Source of the DNA: Sporopachydermia quercuum
Lineage: Eukaryota
Length of the DNA: 64,000 bases
Direction: 5' to 3'
Assembly: GCA_001599295.1 (NCBI GenBank)
Contig: BCGN01000001.1
Location: 2,170,001 to 2,234,000 of the forward strand
Shown piece after piece: positions 23,304-35,747 of this stretch. The translations under genes were made by a program, and so were the position numbers. The notes beneath the pieces are model-generated. The model was given only the letters and a program-made list of their open reading frames with translations. It was not told the DNA's origin and searched no databases. How positions within the stretch are numbered: the stretch's first letter is position 1; each line of letters begins with the position of its first letter.

Positions 23304-26300
23304 TTAATTACACATCTCTAAATACAAATCTTCAACCCATGTTTCCTTTGGTTTATTGATATCAATAACTAAAGATAAAATTTTCATCCATTGTTTCATT
23401 TCTTGCTGATTTTCTGCTTGTAATTCAATTATCTCTCCGTTGATAAACTGCAGTTTGAACATATGGCCATCACTCTTAGTGCTAATTCTACCTTTAGTAT
23501 CACCATTATTTCCAGCAAAACTATTAATACTAGTAAGCTTAGTAGCATCAATACCATCAAAAAATACCATTTTGGCATTTAAAAGGTTGATATTAGCAAC
23601 AGCAGTTTTGCTTGTTGCATTGTAAGCAATCAAATCTTTTCCTCTTAGTACAAACAATCTTTTCTTCCATTTCTTACAATCACCACCATTCTGCAGTAGA
23701 GTTCCTTCATAACAGCAAGAATCTCTCATTTGAAGATCTTTTGCTTGTTGTAATGCTGATTTGATGCTGCCAGGATACGAAGTGACACCATTAATACTAT
23801 CAGGATCATTTTCAATATAAAGCATCTTTACTTCTAGTTTACCAATAGAATAAGGTGCTTTATAATTAGGAGACGTAATACCACTCTTTTTAGTGGTCTT
23901 GCTATCTGAATCAATAGTCCATTCATTAAAAGTGTCGATTTCAAATCCTTTTACTTGATGTCGAACGCTTGATTGATACTTCGCAAAATCAATATATGCT
24001 CTAGAAAATGACCCGTCCTTAGCTGTAAACTTATCCCAGTTACTGGTAGAAACAAGGTTGGTAGAAACTCCATTGTTGCTATTACTATTGGTATCAATGC
24101 TACTACTCTCTCTCTTCTTCTTTGGTGATCCAAATAACTTCGCTAGAGGACCTCCGCCTGTTGACAAACTCTTATAGTGTCTATGCTTACTCTTGTTCTT
24201 GCTATTAATACTATTACTATCACCCTTACCTTGCTTGCCTTTGTTCTTACTTTTGCTTTTGCCTTTTCCTTTTATCTTCTCATTCAATTCTTCTTTATTG
24301 ATCACTTTGAACGTGACAATGAATTCCAATGAGTCTTCAACTAATAACTCGAATTCTTGGTCAATTATCACGTCTTTGGCTAAAGGAATATATGGAGTAG
24401 TTATGCAATGAATGCCATTATCAAGGATCAAACAGATCAAAGAGTTGTCAGGCTGAATATTTGGTAGTTTGATATCTTTAATACCAAGGATCTTGAAGTA
24501 AAGCCTTCCTTTCTCAGCAGAAAGTGTATTGGAGGCACCGGTGGTAGTTCGGTTAGCATTCGAATATCTCTTTCTTAGTTCTGGAGGCTTCTGATACTTT
24601 AGTTGTTGATTCAGATTACCATTGGCCTTATTATTAATCTCTGAGAGCATAGATTTGACCTGAGCACCATTTAAAAACGATTGTTTGACATCAACGCCTC
24701 TTGGTGTTTTATTGGAAGTTGAGTCGTAGTTTAATTGCTCACGATCACCAATAGGTTGCAAATTCTCTTTGGAAGAACCATGAGTCCCAGTGCTACTGCT
24801 ATTGCTACTATTATTGTCCTTACCCTTAGTCCTATTGTCACCAAATCTTCTCAATCCATACATGCTACCATAAATATCCGACTTTCTTGAACGAGTTTTC
24901 ACTCTGGCTGTTTGGTCTAGTTTTGCGACAATCAAATCCTTATTTTCGGTAAGGGCATATCCTCTTTTCTGTATAGAAATCACTTTATCAAACTCATTCT
25001 CCACTTCATCTATGAATGATTCTCCTTCTAAGAAAGTAGATGTATCAAGCAAAAGCATGTCAACAGGTTGGGGGTCTTTTGATATCTCTAAAGCAATAGC
25101 CTTCTCTATTTCATCTGACAGGTTTTGTTTGATGGCTTCTGTTTGTTCCAAAGAAAGTGGTAGAATAGGTTGATTGAACAGTGTGTCATTGTTAAGACTT
25201 TCGCTACTATTTGTAGGCCCTCTTGGGGAGAAGAATCCTGTTGCGTCGGCAGTAAAGCTTCTGCTGTAATCCCCCGTAATAGTGTTAATCAACTTATTGC
25301 TGTTTATCTTACTATTGTTTCCATTTGATACCACTCTAGGTCCATCATAGCCTATGACAGCAACTTGTCCTTTGGCAATATCATCATTGACACTGTTGAT
25401 TCTTGTCTTACCACACTCGATTCCTTTTAGCTTATACATTTCATCGCTGACTCTTCTCTTGGTGATACTGATTCTTCGAACTTCATCTGGATTGATACTG
25501 GGAAGTATTTGAGTGGACGATGAAGCATTGCTATTAGAGGAAACATTATTTGGATTGCCATCATTATTGCTATTATCGTTGTTATCATTGGCCCTATATC
25601 TTGTTTTTGGCACTCTTATGGTTGAATAGCTTGCATCAGCATTCTTGCTTTTGGCTGAAGTGTTCCCAGTACCGCTGGCCGTACTATGATCAGAAAGGAT
25701 ATGAGTCTTAACAACATCAGTAATACCATTATCTCCTCTGGTATTCAAGTACTTGTTGTTCAACTGCACTGACAGTCTGCTGCTATTAAAGGAAGAGTTT
25801 TGGCTCCAAATAGCTTGAACGTCCTGAAACTGGGATTGGTAGGATAGCAGTGAAGATCTTCCTTGTAGTTGTTGCTCAACCTTGGATGGTGAATTCTCAC
25901 TGGGAAGTAAATAATTTCTAGTTGTACTGTTATCGAAACTTCTATCAACACCTGATCCTATTCCAATTTCTGTTGCATCAGCGTTCTTAGTCTCAGTATC
26001 ATCATTTTGTTCCCAGAAGCGTGACAGCTCTTCCACAAAGCTGAAATCTTCTTCGTCATTGATAAACGGAAGTTTCAAACTGCTGGAAGGTACTCTGGAT
26101 AAAGTAGAAGTATTTGATAGCGTTTTGACGAGGTTTGAAGTAGTTTGGTCTCTCGATAGTATACTACTGGTATTGGCATTGGTGTTGATATTGTTATTGT
26201 CAATACCTTTATTGCTACCACTGATATTAATAGCAATACTTTTAGTAGCACTTCTATCCCATTGGCTACCTTTTATCTCACTAGTCAATGAATTGGTTCT

Positions 26301-28570
26301 GAAGTTCTCTACTTTTTTTAAATCGTCTGTAGTCAATGAATAAGCCTTAATAGGTTTCTGTTTGATAGGACTCTCGGTGCCATTGCTGCCGGTATTATTG
26401 AGTAAAAAAGCAAACTTTGCTCGATTAATACGTTTGGGGGATTCATTTCCATCAGATGCAGCAGCTGAATTGTCCGTAGTTGGATCAGAATAATTTTTGG
26501 TAACATAGTCAGACGTCTCTTGCTCAGTGACAATCTCAAATGCGCTTTCCCAGCTTCTATCTTCAGAAGGAACGAACTGCGGAAGTGTTATATCGTTCTG
26601 CGTTGATAGATCAAGAGAAAAGGCATCGGCCTCAGGAGAAGCAGAAACAGATGTTCCGTCAGAGCTGGAAGCTGATGGTGGACTTTCGGAAACAGTATCT
26701 GAAGCCCCAGAAGTTTCGGAAGCTTGAGAAAGCTCCTCTTGAAAAGAATCTGCAGATTGAATTTCCGCGCTATGTGGAATAAGGGTTGGAGATTCAAACT
26801 GTTTGTCAGCATTTAGATTAGTTCTGCATTCGGAATTATTGCCTGCTTGAGACTGCAGAACGGAGATGTTTTCCGATGATTCCGGAGTAGAGTAGTTTTC
26901 GAATGATTCTGGTTTGGATTCAACTGCGGAACAATTAATTTGTTCTGACAGTTCATTGCAATTCACATCGTCTCCGTTATCACTATAAAGACAAACACTG
27001 TGTAGATCATCGTTATCCTCGTCTGACATTATTTCCGGTTTTTTGTTCAAATCAATTCCGTTATCTTCAAATTGAATTCCAGATTTTTCCCCAATTTCGG
27101 ATAATTTTCTAATTCTGATGTTTGAGTTTCCATCATTGATCTCGAATCCCTTTAAGGAATTACTATTTGCGCTTTTGGTAATAATTTTCCGTTCGTTTTC
27201 CCGAAGCGATTCTTTCCTTTGTAAATCTGATTGAAGTCGGAGATCATAGTCGGATGAATTTCGAATGTTATTCTCAAATATCCTATGAGTATTGCTATCA
27301 TCATTTCCGCTATTTTCAATTATTTTCTCCGAGCTTTGTTGTTGATTCTTGCTCACATTATATAAAAGTGCCTCCATATGGTACGAATCAACGTCAAAGT
27401 TGTGTTTCTTATGTTTTGCTGTATTTGAGCTTTCGGAAACTGTATTTTTGTTAACCTCAGTAAAATTTTCAAACGGCTGATGGCTCTCGAACATGTTTTC
27501 AATTGATTGTCCAATCGTCTTGTCTAATTCTGCTTCTCTATCAAAGAGAACAGCATCAAGCCGTTCCTCTAAAGAAAGCCTAGATTTGTTGTTATTAAGT
27601 TCTTCTTTGGAAACAGCCATATCTGTTTGAAATATACCATCGGAGTTTCCTAGTCTATCTTTGTGCTCTCCAGAGTACTGCTCGGACTCAATATTATCAT
27701 TGTTTAAANTCGGTGGCAGAGGCAAAGGGCGACCTGTACCTCGAATCTTTTCTGATGTATCAGTAACTTGCTCCCATACTGATTGAAATGAAGTGTTTAG
27801 CTCATCTGGATTGATAGGTTTATGTTGGTCTAATGATGAATAGAACTCAATAGGGTCTTTTGAATGAGAATTCAAAGGAAATATTCCGTTTTCTGTATAT
27901 TCTGCCTCTTCGCTGTCAGAGCTTTCAGGTGTTAATGATTCGTATTCCAACACTTTTGGTGGTGATCTTTCAAAGGAGACTGACATGTTTTTTTTTGAAG
28001 GAAAATGCTTTAAATTGGACTTTGATTTCCCATTGGGAGATGAAGAAAAGGAAGACACTGAGCTTGAATGAGGAAGCCCTGGGTAGTATTGGAATTCATT
28101 TTGTGGGGTAGATGGTGAGAGTAGATTGATTTGATCTGTCAATTCACTTGCAAAAGAGTCCAATGTGTCTGTTGATGTACCGTTATCGGNAGTTAGTGCT
28201 GACTGTAGAATTGGCGATTTGAAAGTTAAAGACTTAGTTGGGGATTGTAAAGGAGGTGTGGGGATTATTGGTATATGTCCTTCAATGGGGATTGGGATTG
28301 TCATTGGAACAGGTGAGAATGGTGATGTCCTTCCCGTTATTGTTTCGCTAAGTTTAACAGGACTTGGNCTTCTGGAGAAAGATCCTTGGAGTTTGATAGG
28401 TGAGCTGAAAGGGCTCGTTGTGTTTAGAGGAGACTTAGAGGCAGAGGAATCTATAAAATGTTAGTATGAATATTATAATGTGAAAAAAATGCTATCACAA
28501 GTGTCAATGAATAAATAGGTATGACGCTTGAATACATACCTGCTCCTTTGTATACAGATTCTGTTGTCAT
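23304..28570 (-). CDS. BUD4: Anillin-like bud-site/septin protein Bud4/Int1, 2 exons
   Basis: Exon 1 28570-28540 (MTTESVYKGA), intron 28539-28451 (GTATGT...TACTAAC...TAG), exon 2 in frame with the 1666-aa ORF. C-terminal GRLYFKILGIK...LDNGIHCITTP...DGSFSRAYIDF domain followed by a PH domain (EGTLLQNGGDCKKWKKRLF). Confidence 0.9.
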
Positions 28571-30558
28571 TGCGCTGGGAAGAGCTGAAGAAATGGTACT
28601 NGTTCGGCTTCAGAGAACTATTGAATCTAGAGTTCAGAGCCTCAGAAATTTTCCAATCCGAGTAGTTTGAGCTCTGACAGACTGCTGATAATATCAAGCA
28701 CTCTTTTTTTTGATTTCTTGTTGGGATTGACTTCTGTAGATCTCTTGTAGAGTAGTAAAATAGTACTGGAGTTGCACACTAGAAGCGCAATTACCCTTTG
28801 AGTGATTTAACTAACTCTTACTAATTGCAAAAGAAAATCTTCAATAGTACTGCTATTCTAATATTTTGCTAACTTAGGGTATAAAATACGTAAAACTGAT
28901 GAGTGAAGATCAATATTATTCACCTAAAAAATCCATAGAAGCAGGCAGCAGGAGGAAGAGTGAAAAGAAGGATTTGAAGAACAATGATGGATTTATTCTT
29001 GTTTAATAGCACTTTGTTGATTGATTGCTTGATTAGGAAAAAGGTAATATTGCAAGTTTAGAGTTAAAATTATCGGGGAGCAATAAGGTTTGATACTAGT
29101 CGAAAAGGAAGTTGTGAGATTGTTAGATACCGATGTTTGGTTTGATTCCATAGAATAAACTAAAAGAATGTAAAGTTCTACTAGATNTTTCACGTTGAAT
29201 CTTCTACTATTCTTCTTCAATTATTACACGGTCTCGATGTAGTGATGTAATATCAAAAAGAGCATGAAAGTGGGCCATGATTTTCAATAAAGTTTAAACA
29301 TTCAATGTAAAATTATGCCGAACCTAAATAGCATTAAAAATCACCTACCCCAAAATAAAGTTGTACATTAGCTTGCATATCCATACATGAAATGAAGGAG
29401 AGTAGCTGAAGGAATAAAACTTCTTGTTGTTAGATCTTATTGAAGAGATGGATTTAACGTATTTTTCCTTTTATAGAGATTAATTTGTTTTGTTGTTACT
29501 AGAGGTTTTCAATATCATAAAAAAAGAGAGCTCGTAACATTCTAGTAAAAGTACATCACGAATAAGTTTCTTACTTCGATTTAAAGTTCAATTACGCTTC
29601 AATCGAACAAAATTGTGTCACGTGAGAGGAAGATCTTCCACTTTTTTTTTATCAATCTGATGAAAGATATANCCAAGTTCACTTGAAGAAGCTACAATTC
29701 AATGCTTATTCAGTAGTAATTTGCTCCAGTCAGGTTCGATCTCCCTGATCATCTTCAATTTCCCATTTAAATATCTCAAAGGAAACAAATTTCTTGAAAT
29801 AGTTTACAACCAGGCCATGGAGCCGCCCGGTATCTACTCCTCTTACCAGTAAGGTCCTATCTTCTAACTTAGCTCATTACTACTCAAACTAACAAACCGC
29901 TTATACTTCTACATTTTCCTACTCCTCATCCTCTTTCCAGAGATTTTCTTCGGAACATTTCCTACACTACCATAGCCATGGTTCACTGCTCGTCACTGTC
30001 CACAACTTCACGACTCACCAGTACTCATCTCCCTCCTCCCCCTTTCCNTCCCCACAAGTCACAGTCACAGTTGTGACAAATATCGGCTTTACTACTCTCG
30101 TGACCATAATGTGTGACAAATCCTTACCAATTAGCTCAAACCATCGATTACCTCATTAACAAAAACGCGGCTTGTTAGACACGTTATACGCCTNGAATGA
30201 GTTCAATGTCTGCTTTTTCAGCACATTGAACCATACAAACATAACGACGGTTCATTGATAATTTGTTGCTTTTTTTCCTAATGACAAGTATCTGTTTACA
30301 GTGGTATCAAATAATGGCAACTAGATAGTTATTGTTATTTTGTTGTACTTATCATTATCCGCTGTATTACTTTTCAAGCACTTGTACTGTACGTGTCTTG
30401 GTGCAGACAGTAGATGTGTGCGATCATAATAGCAACAAATATATAATTCTCACTAGCAGAACAGCCCTATTATTTCATAATAATCAACGACCATAACACC
30501 CGCAAATATCCTGTTTACGATTTTTTGTTAATTCTGTAACCCTTTGAAATCCTATACG

Positions 30559-31179
30559 ATGATAGGCTCACGAAGAACTAGAATAATTGGCCTAACCGCC
30601 ATCACAGTGTCTATTTTTCTATTGATATTCCTTATGTCAGGTCATCAAACAAGCGGCTCGGTTTTAACTGGTGAATCAGACGAATCTCAAGTGAAGGCTG
30701 GTATCGAGAAAAGCCAAGAAACGGACCCAGGCCTTAGTGGCACATCTCCAGGTGTTGAGGCTGGAGGATCGTCTTCTGCAGGGCAAACAAAAGATCTAAC
30801 TAATGATCCTGGTGAACCATTTGACCCTCAAAAGGAATATAGTGCTATTTTACAAATGGCTCCTGTTGTCGTATTTTCAAAAACACATTGTCCTCATTCG
30901 AAATTTGTTAAAGATGTCTTGGCAAATGAGTATCAAATTACACCATCTCCTATCATAGTAGAATTAGATAAGCATCCTCATGGACAAGAACTACAACGGT
31001 ATATAGGCGCACAATCTGGAAGAAAAACTGTTCCTAATGTATATATCTCTGGTGTTTCTAGAGGAGGTGGTGATGAAGTACGACAGTTACATTCTAAAGG
31101 TGATTTAGCAGTTATTTTCCAGCGATGGGGTGGAAATAAGCTGAGAGTCAAGAAACTGAATGCACCAAGCAGTTCTTAA
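30559..31179 (+). CDS. Secretory-pathway monothiol glutaredoxin (Grx6/Grx7-like)
   Basis: ATG at 30559; N-terminal TM anchor; VVFSKTHCPHS monothiol site; GRKTVPNVYI, GGGDE. Confidence 0.88.
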   Translation: MIGSRRTRIIGLTAITVSIFLLIFLMSGHQTSGSVLTGESDESQVKAGIEKSQETDPGLSGTSPGVEAGGSSSAGQTKDLTNDPGEPFDPQKEYSAILQMAPVVVFSKTHCPHSKFVKDVLANEYQITPSPIIVELDKHPHGQELQRYIGAQSGRKTVPNVYISGVSRGGGDEVRQLHSKGDLAVIFQRWGGNKLRVKKLNAPSSS

Positions 31180-32094
31180 GGAAGAAGAACAAGTTTGTGT
31201 GTGTTCGTTTGATCTTTGGTTTGGTTTGGTTGGAAGATTAATATTGTATTGGACTGTTAGCTTTTGACATAAGTGAATACTTGGTACTAGTCTTACTAGT
31301 AAGAATAATGATAGCAATAAGGAAGAAGTACTTGTTAATAAATTCGTTTACAGCGAGTGTTTCCAAACCTACATAAAAGATCNGCAAGTTTCTTGATAGT
31401 GGAATGAAGTAGAGCAGAGATGGCTATGAATGGATTAAATAGTCTGGCATAGGTATTTTAATCAATACAGTGCAGTATCGTATGGCGTATTAAGAAGTTT
31501 CATAGAAACATGGTCAATTTCTGAAGAAGTAGCAAGGAAATTTTTAGTTTTAACCAGTAATAAGATCAAGAGAATCTTTTATACAAGATGCTTCTTCTGC
31601 TCTGTATTTAATCATTACAGTNGTCTATAATTGTTATTATCAAACTCTGCATTTTCACCATTTCGCCTCCAGTTATATTTTCTTGTCTCAGTACTACTAT
31701 TTCTTTTCATATTTACTGATCATTCTAGTAGAAGATAAGTAGAGTTGATAATGAAAAGCTTTAGATTTTTGTTCAGCTCCATTTTGAGGTGCATGTTTAG
31801 TTTTACCATGAAGAACTGATAACATAATGTGGTGGAAAACGAATCATGTGTTATTAAAGATATAGAATGATTATAAAGACATAAAATACAAATGGTAACC
31901 GATGTTGGCAGCAATAATTAATGCTCCATAGTTGCTGTCCGCCATTATCTTACTATCTTACGGTTTAACTCTAAGTCATACAGTATATAATTCCCAAAAC
32001 TCTTTCCAAACTATTNTTACTTCATCTATGTTACATACAAAAAGTCTCAAACTCTTATAATTATACATTTTATCTTCCAACGTAGCTTCTTGGC

Positions 32095-34689
32095 TTACCT
32101 CCAACTCAACTCAGAGTAATTAGGGTCAGCGTATATATTATGATTTTCNACCTGTCTAACTGAGTCTTCGTCAAGAGCTGTATTATCGGGACCATTATGT
32201 CCTGAATGAGGAGTGCTGTTATCATTGTTGGTATTATCTCCGTTATTACTTATATTATTGTCCTCATGGACATTAGAGTTTCCGTGATTGTCGTCTCCAT
32301 TATCATTGTTCATATTATCTCCATTATGGTCTTCTATATTATCAGTATCACCATCAGGTTGAATGACGGAGGAAGAATGTGAATGAGATTCAACTTGAGC
32401 TCGTAGTAATGATTCATCAGCTGTGAGTGTACTATCAACAGTTACATCATTATTTCCGGTATTTTTCTCATTAAACAAACCTTCTAGTTCATAGTGTCCA
32501 TTATTATTAATTCCAGTATTAATTCCATTACTAATACTATTATTGATTCCGCTATTGAGACTACCATTAATGCTGCTCATCCCACCATCATAATCCTGTA
32601 ATAAGCTCTCAACCACCTCATTGAACGACTTATTCTTATGATCACGTATACTATTTCTTAATCTTTCATAAGCTATCTTCATCTCTCCGCTGGTCCATCC
32701 TTGAATTCCAGAAAGTCTAAGTATCTCTTGCCAATCGACATCATTTTCATGTTGATATCCCGATTGCTTTAACTGCTGAAGCATCAAAACACGATACTCT
32801 TCATCCATTCCTCTTACTTTCTCGACCATTTCCCTTCTTAACAGTTTGTTCCATTTATATCTACACTGAATCCTGCTTCTAGTACCGCCCATACGTTCAG
32901 ATACAACGGTCCAATTGATACTCGTNTCAATATCTTGCATTTCTCGTATCACGTTAATAAGTCTTGATTCTTCTTCTTCTGTCCATCGGCTTTGAGCTCG
33001 TTGGTCTCCACATTTCACATAGTTTCTCCAGCGATCCCTACAATCTTCAGGCATTCTTCCTAATTCTTTAGAAATGAGTTTCCACTGTGATTTCTTTTCC
33101 GTGACAAGTTTTGCTAATAGGACGTCATCCTCTGGCGTCCACTTACCTCTTACTTGGAACACATGATATGCTCTTCTCACGTGCTTGTATAAGCTGGCTC
33201 TGGTACGATGAGGTAGCACTTTTTGTAGAGACTCCCAAAAATCATCCTTTCTTCTTTCGTTGCTCCAAACACGCTCGCAGATCTGTTGACGCGTCAGATT
33301 ATTAACCTGACAATACTGTTCTACAAATCTGTCAATGGTCNCTATTTCTTCTTTGGAGAACATTTTTACTTGTCCCGGGACAGATGTACTTGTAGCAGTA
33401 ACAGAAGTGCTGCTAGGATCTGTACCAGAACTGGATGTCTGATTGTCAACTCCTGTGACAGTCAACGGTGGTATCAAAGGTAAATCCAGTTGTCTAATTG
33501 GTTGTCTGATTGTCCTTAGGGTNGAAACACCTGGGAGTCTCTTGTCCTTTCTAGGGGATGTTATAATACTGTTACCAGACATGGGTTTATCTTTCTTCCT
33601 GAGATATTCCATGTGGGCCGCCACAGCGGCTTCAGCAGCAGCTTGGGTTTGTTGATCAATTGTCAGGTTCAATTCTGCATTAAGCATAGCTTGTTGAACT
33701 TCAGTTCCAGAAAGCTGAGCAAGTTCAGGATCAACATTGGCTGCTTCTAATTCCCGCTTCTTGTTTCTTTTCCGCTTTTTAGGCCGAGTTGGCATATTAT
33801 TGACTGCTTCTTCAGTAGAAGCTCGCTCAGCTTCTGCGGCTGCGGCCGCGGCCGCTGCTGCTTCGTATAAATCAAACTGGTTCTCATTTGTCAGTGCCTC
33901 ATCAGTGAGATAACCAGTCCATTGATTTGAGTTGTTTTGAAGAAATTCTGTTAAGTGGGTAGCATCAAATACTTTTCGTTTGCGAGATTCAGAATCATCG
34001 TCAACCCCGTCATTTTCAGAGGCGGCTGCTGCTGCTACTGCTGCCGCGGCAACTGCCTCTCTTGCTTGTGCTAATGCTGCTTCTGCTAAAGCTGTGTTTT
34101 CTGCTAGTACTACTTCTGCTGTGACTTGGTCTAACTGATCATTAGACTCCTTGATATCAAGAAGCATGGAAGAGTCCTTAGAGTCATGGTGACCTTCTTC
34201 CTCATGAATAGTGTTAGAATCTGTTAAATGGCCTTCTGATACTGAAATGTTATCAATACTATGTGCATGTGTTTCTTCGTTATCTCGTTCAGTTTCTTGT
34301 TTCAAAGCACGGGCTAATGCTTGATCGTTGGCATCAGTTTCTTGCTCTTCAGGGTTAACAAGGTCAGCAGAATGTTCACCAGAATGTTCACCTAATTGTT
34401 GCTGTGAATGTAAATTATCATCTAAGCTGTCATCTTGAAGATGTTCGGTGAGTGTTAACTCTACGTTTTCTTCTGGTGCTCGTGATCTAACATGATCACC
34501 TTGGTATATGATATTGTCTTNTCCTTGTTGTATATGTTCCTGCTGAGATTGCAATTCAATGTCTTGATTCTCCCTGCTTCTTCCCTTCTTTCCCTTTTTG
34601 CTTTTCCTGGAGCCAAGTTGCAGTAAAGCAACAGCACCTAATTCTTCTTCATGTTCCGATAGCTCGTTATCATCATTCGGAGACATCAT
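32095..34689 (-). CDS. REB1: Myb/SANT-domain general regulatory factor, Reb1/Nsi1 family
   Basis: Likely start ATG ATG at 34689; QICERVWSNERRKDDFWESLQKVLPHRTRASLYKHVRR, GKWTPEDD, GRMPEDCRDRWRNY, INWTVVSERMGGTRSRIQCRYKW. Confidence 0.9.
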   Translation of the reverse strand: MMSPNDDNELSEHEEELGAVALLQLGSRKSKKGKKGRSRENQDIELQSQQEHIQQGXDNIIYQGDHVRSRAPEENVELTLTEHLQDDSLDDNLHSQQQLGEHSGEHSADLVNPEEQETDANDQALARALKQETERDNEETHAHSIDNISVSEGHLTDSNTIHEEEGHHDSKDSSMLLDIKESNDQLDQVTAEVVLAENTALAEAALAQAREAVAAAAVAAAAASENDGVDDDSESRKRKVFDATHLTEFLQNNSNQWTGYLTDEALTNENQFDLYEAAAAAAAAAEAERASTEEAVNNMPTRPKKRKRNKKRELEAANVDPELAQLSGTEVQQAMLNAELNLTIDQQTQAAAEAAVAAHMEYLRKKDKPMSGNSIITSPRKDKRLPGVXTLRTIRQPIRQLDLPLIPPLTVTGVDNQTSSSGTDPSSTSVTATSTSVPGQVKMFSKEEIXTIDRFVEQYCQVNNLTRQQICERVWSNERRKDDFWESLQKVLPHRTRASLYKHVRRAYHVFQVRGKWTPEDDVLLAKLVTEKKSQWKLISKELGRMPEDCRDRWRNYVKCGDQRAQSRWTEEEESRLINVIREMQDIXTSINWTVVSERMGGTRSRIQCRYKWNKLLRREMVEKVRGMDEEYRVLMLQQLKQSGYQHENDVDWQEILRLSGIQGWTSGEMKIAYERLRNSIRDHKNKSFNEVVESLLQDYDGGMSSINGSLNSGINNSISNGINTGINNNGHYELEGLFNEKNTGNNDVTVDSTLTADESLLRAQVESHSHSSSVIQPDGDTDNIEDHNGDNMNNDNGDDNHGNSNVHEDNNISNNGDNTNNDNSTPHSGHNGPDNTALDEDSVRQXENHNIYADPNYSELSWR

Positions 34690-35747
34690 TTTGTTGTTTA
34701 TAAGGTTCGAAATACGATTAACCAAATTGGGATAAGCTGTGTATACAATGAGATGTGTAGTTATTGATNCTTAGATAATTTGTCACGATGTCGGGAAACG
34801 CTTCAAGTTTTGTCACAACTTTAATAATCAGTTCCACGCAAATGAATATGATAACGTTTGTGTCTATAACTTGGGTGCAAATTACCACTTGACACACAAA
34901 CAAATAAACAAAAACAACCACAATTTTATTACGCTCAAAACTCCCTAATTCCTGATGTAGTTGAAGTTGGAAAAGCAACCAATATTAACAAGAAACAAGT
35001 AATGATGCACTCTTAATATTGGACTTATTAAATCGTTTCGCGTTACCTTGATAAGTTTCACTATGAAACTAACCCTGTCTTCCTTTGGTTATCTTTCACG
35101 TCAGGATAACCCTGAAGTAATCATATCATCGTAGGGAATAAATCAAAGGTAAGGTAACTAAGAGGCGAAATCCTTTTGAGAATCAACTTCCGGGTAGTAT
35201 TTGCGAAGAGGAGAAACGATGACCTGATATATACCACTATGAAAGATACTTCAGCGTAATTTCAGTACTGAAACTGAAGTAGTAATTNCTGATTAGGTAA
35301 TACTAAAATGATGGTCTACATGATATTAATTTTCGGAAATAATGCTACTCAATTTCGGAGAATATCTCCCCATTATGTCATTCCGACTGGTGATCTGTAA
35401 TATTCCTTACTTTTCTCTAGTGAAAACGTCTCAGATTACACTATTCTGAGCGAAAATATTCCTGATTTATCAAAATTATTTGTCCTTTGTTTGCTCCTTC
35501 TATTTCTTTTTCATCAAAGTCTTTGATGAAGCCTGGAAGTGCGCTTTTTTCACCTTGGCATGGCTTTTCTAAGCATAAAATTTTCTTACATATACAACAG
35601 AGATGCCTTCTTCCTCTGAGTCTTAACTTCTCCGTTCTTTATGTATTGCTCAAGCAAATCACCATCTATTCAGCGAGCTACATATTTATATCACTAAAAT
35701 CAACATATACAAAATATAGAATTGTTCATCCTTATCGAATAGAAGAA

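Noticed and set aside
29730..29748. GGTTCGATCTCC resembling a tRNA T-arm/B-box
   Set aside because: The loop is 9 nt rather than 7, and no A-box, acceptor stem or cloverleaf is found.
35190..35197. CCGGGTAG as a Reb1 autoregulatory site
   Set aside because: A single imperfect match to CCGGGTAA; not distinguishable from chance.
35487..35747. N-terminal extensions from TTG/CTG/GTG starts in the track (MCP2, NUBM, REB1, GRX, FIP1)
   Set aside because: Bacterial-style start calls; downstream ATGs or spliced first exons give the expected N-termini.
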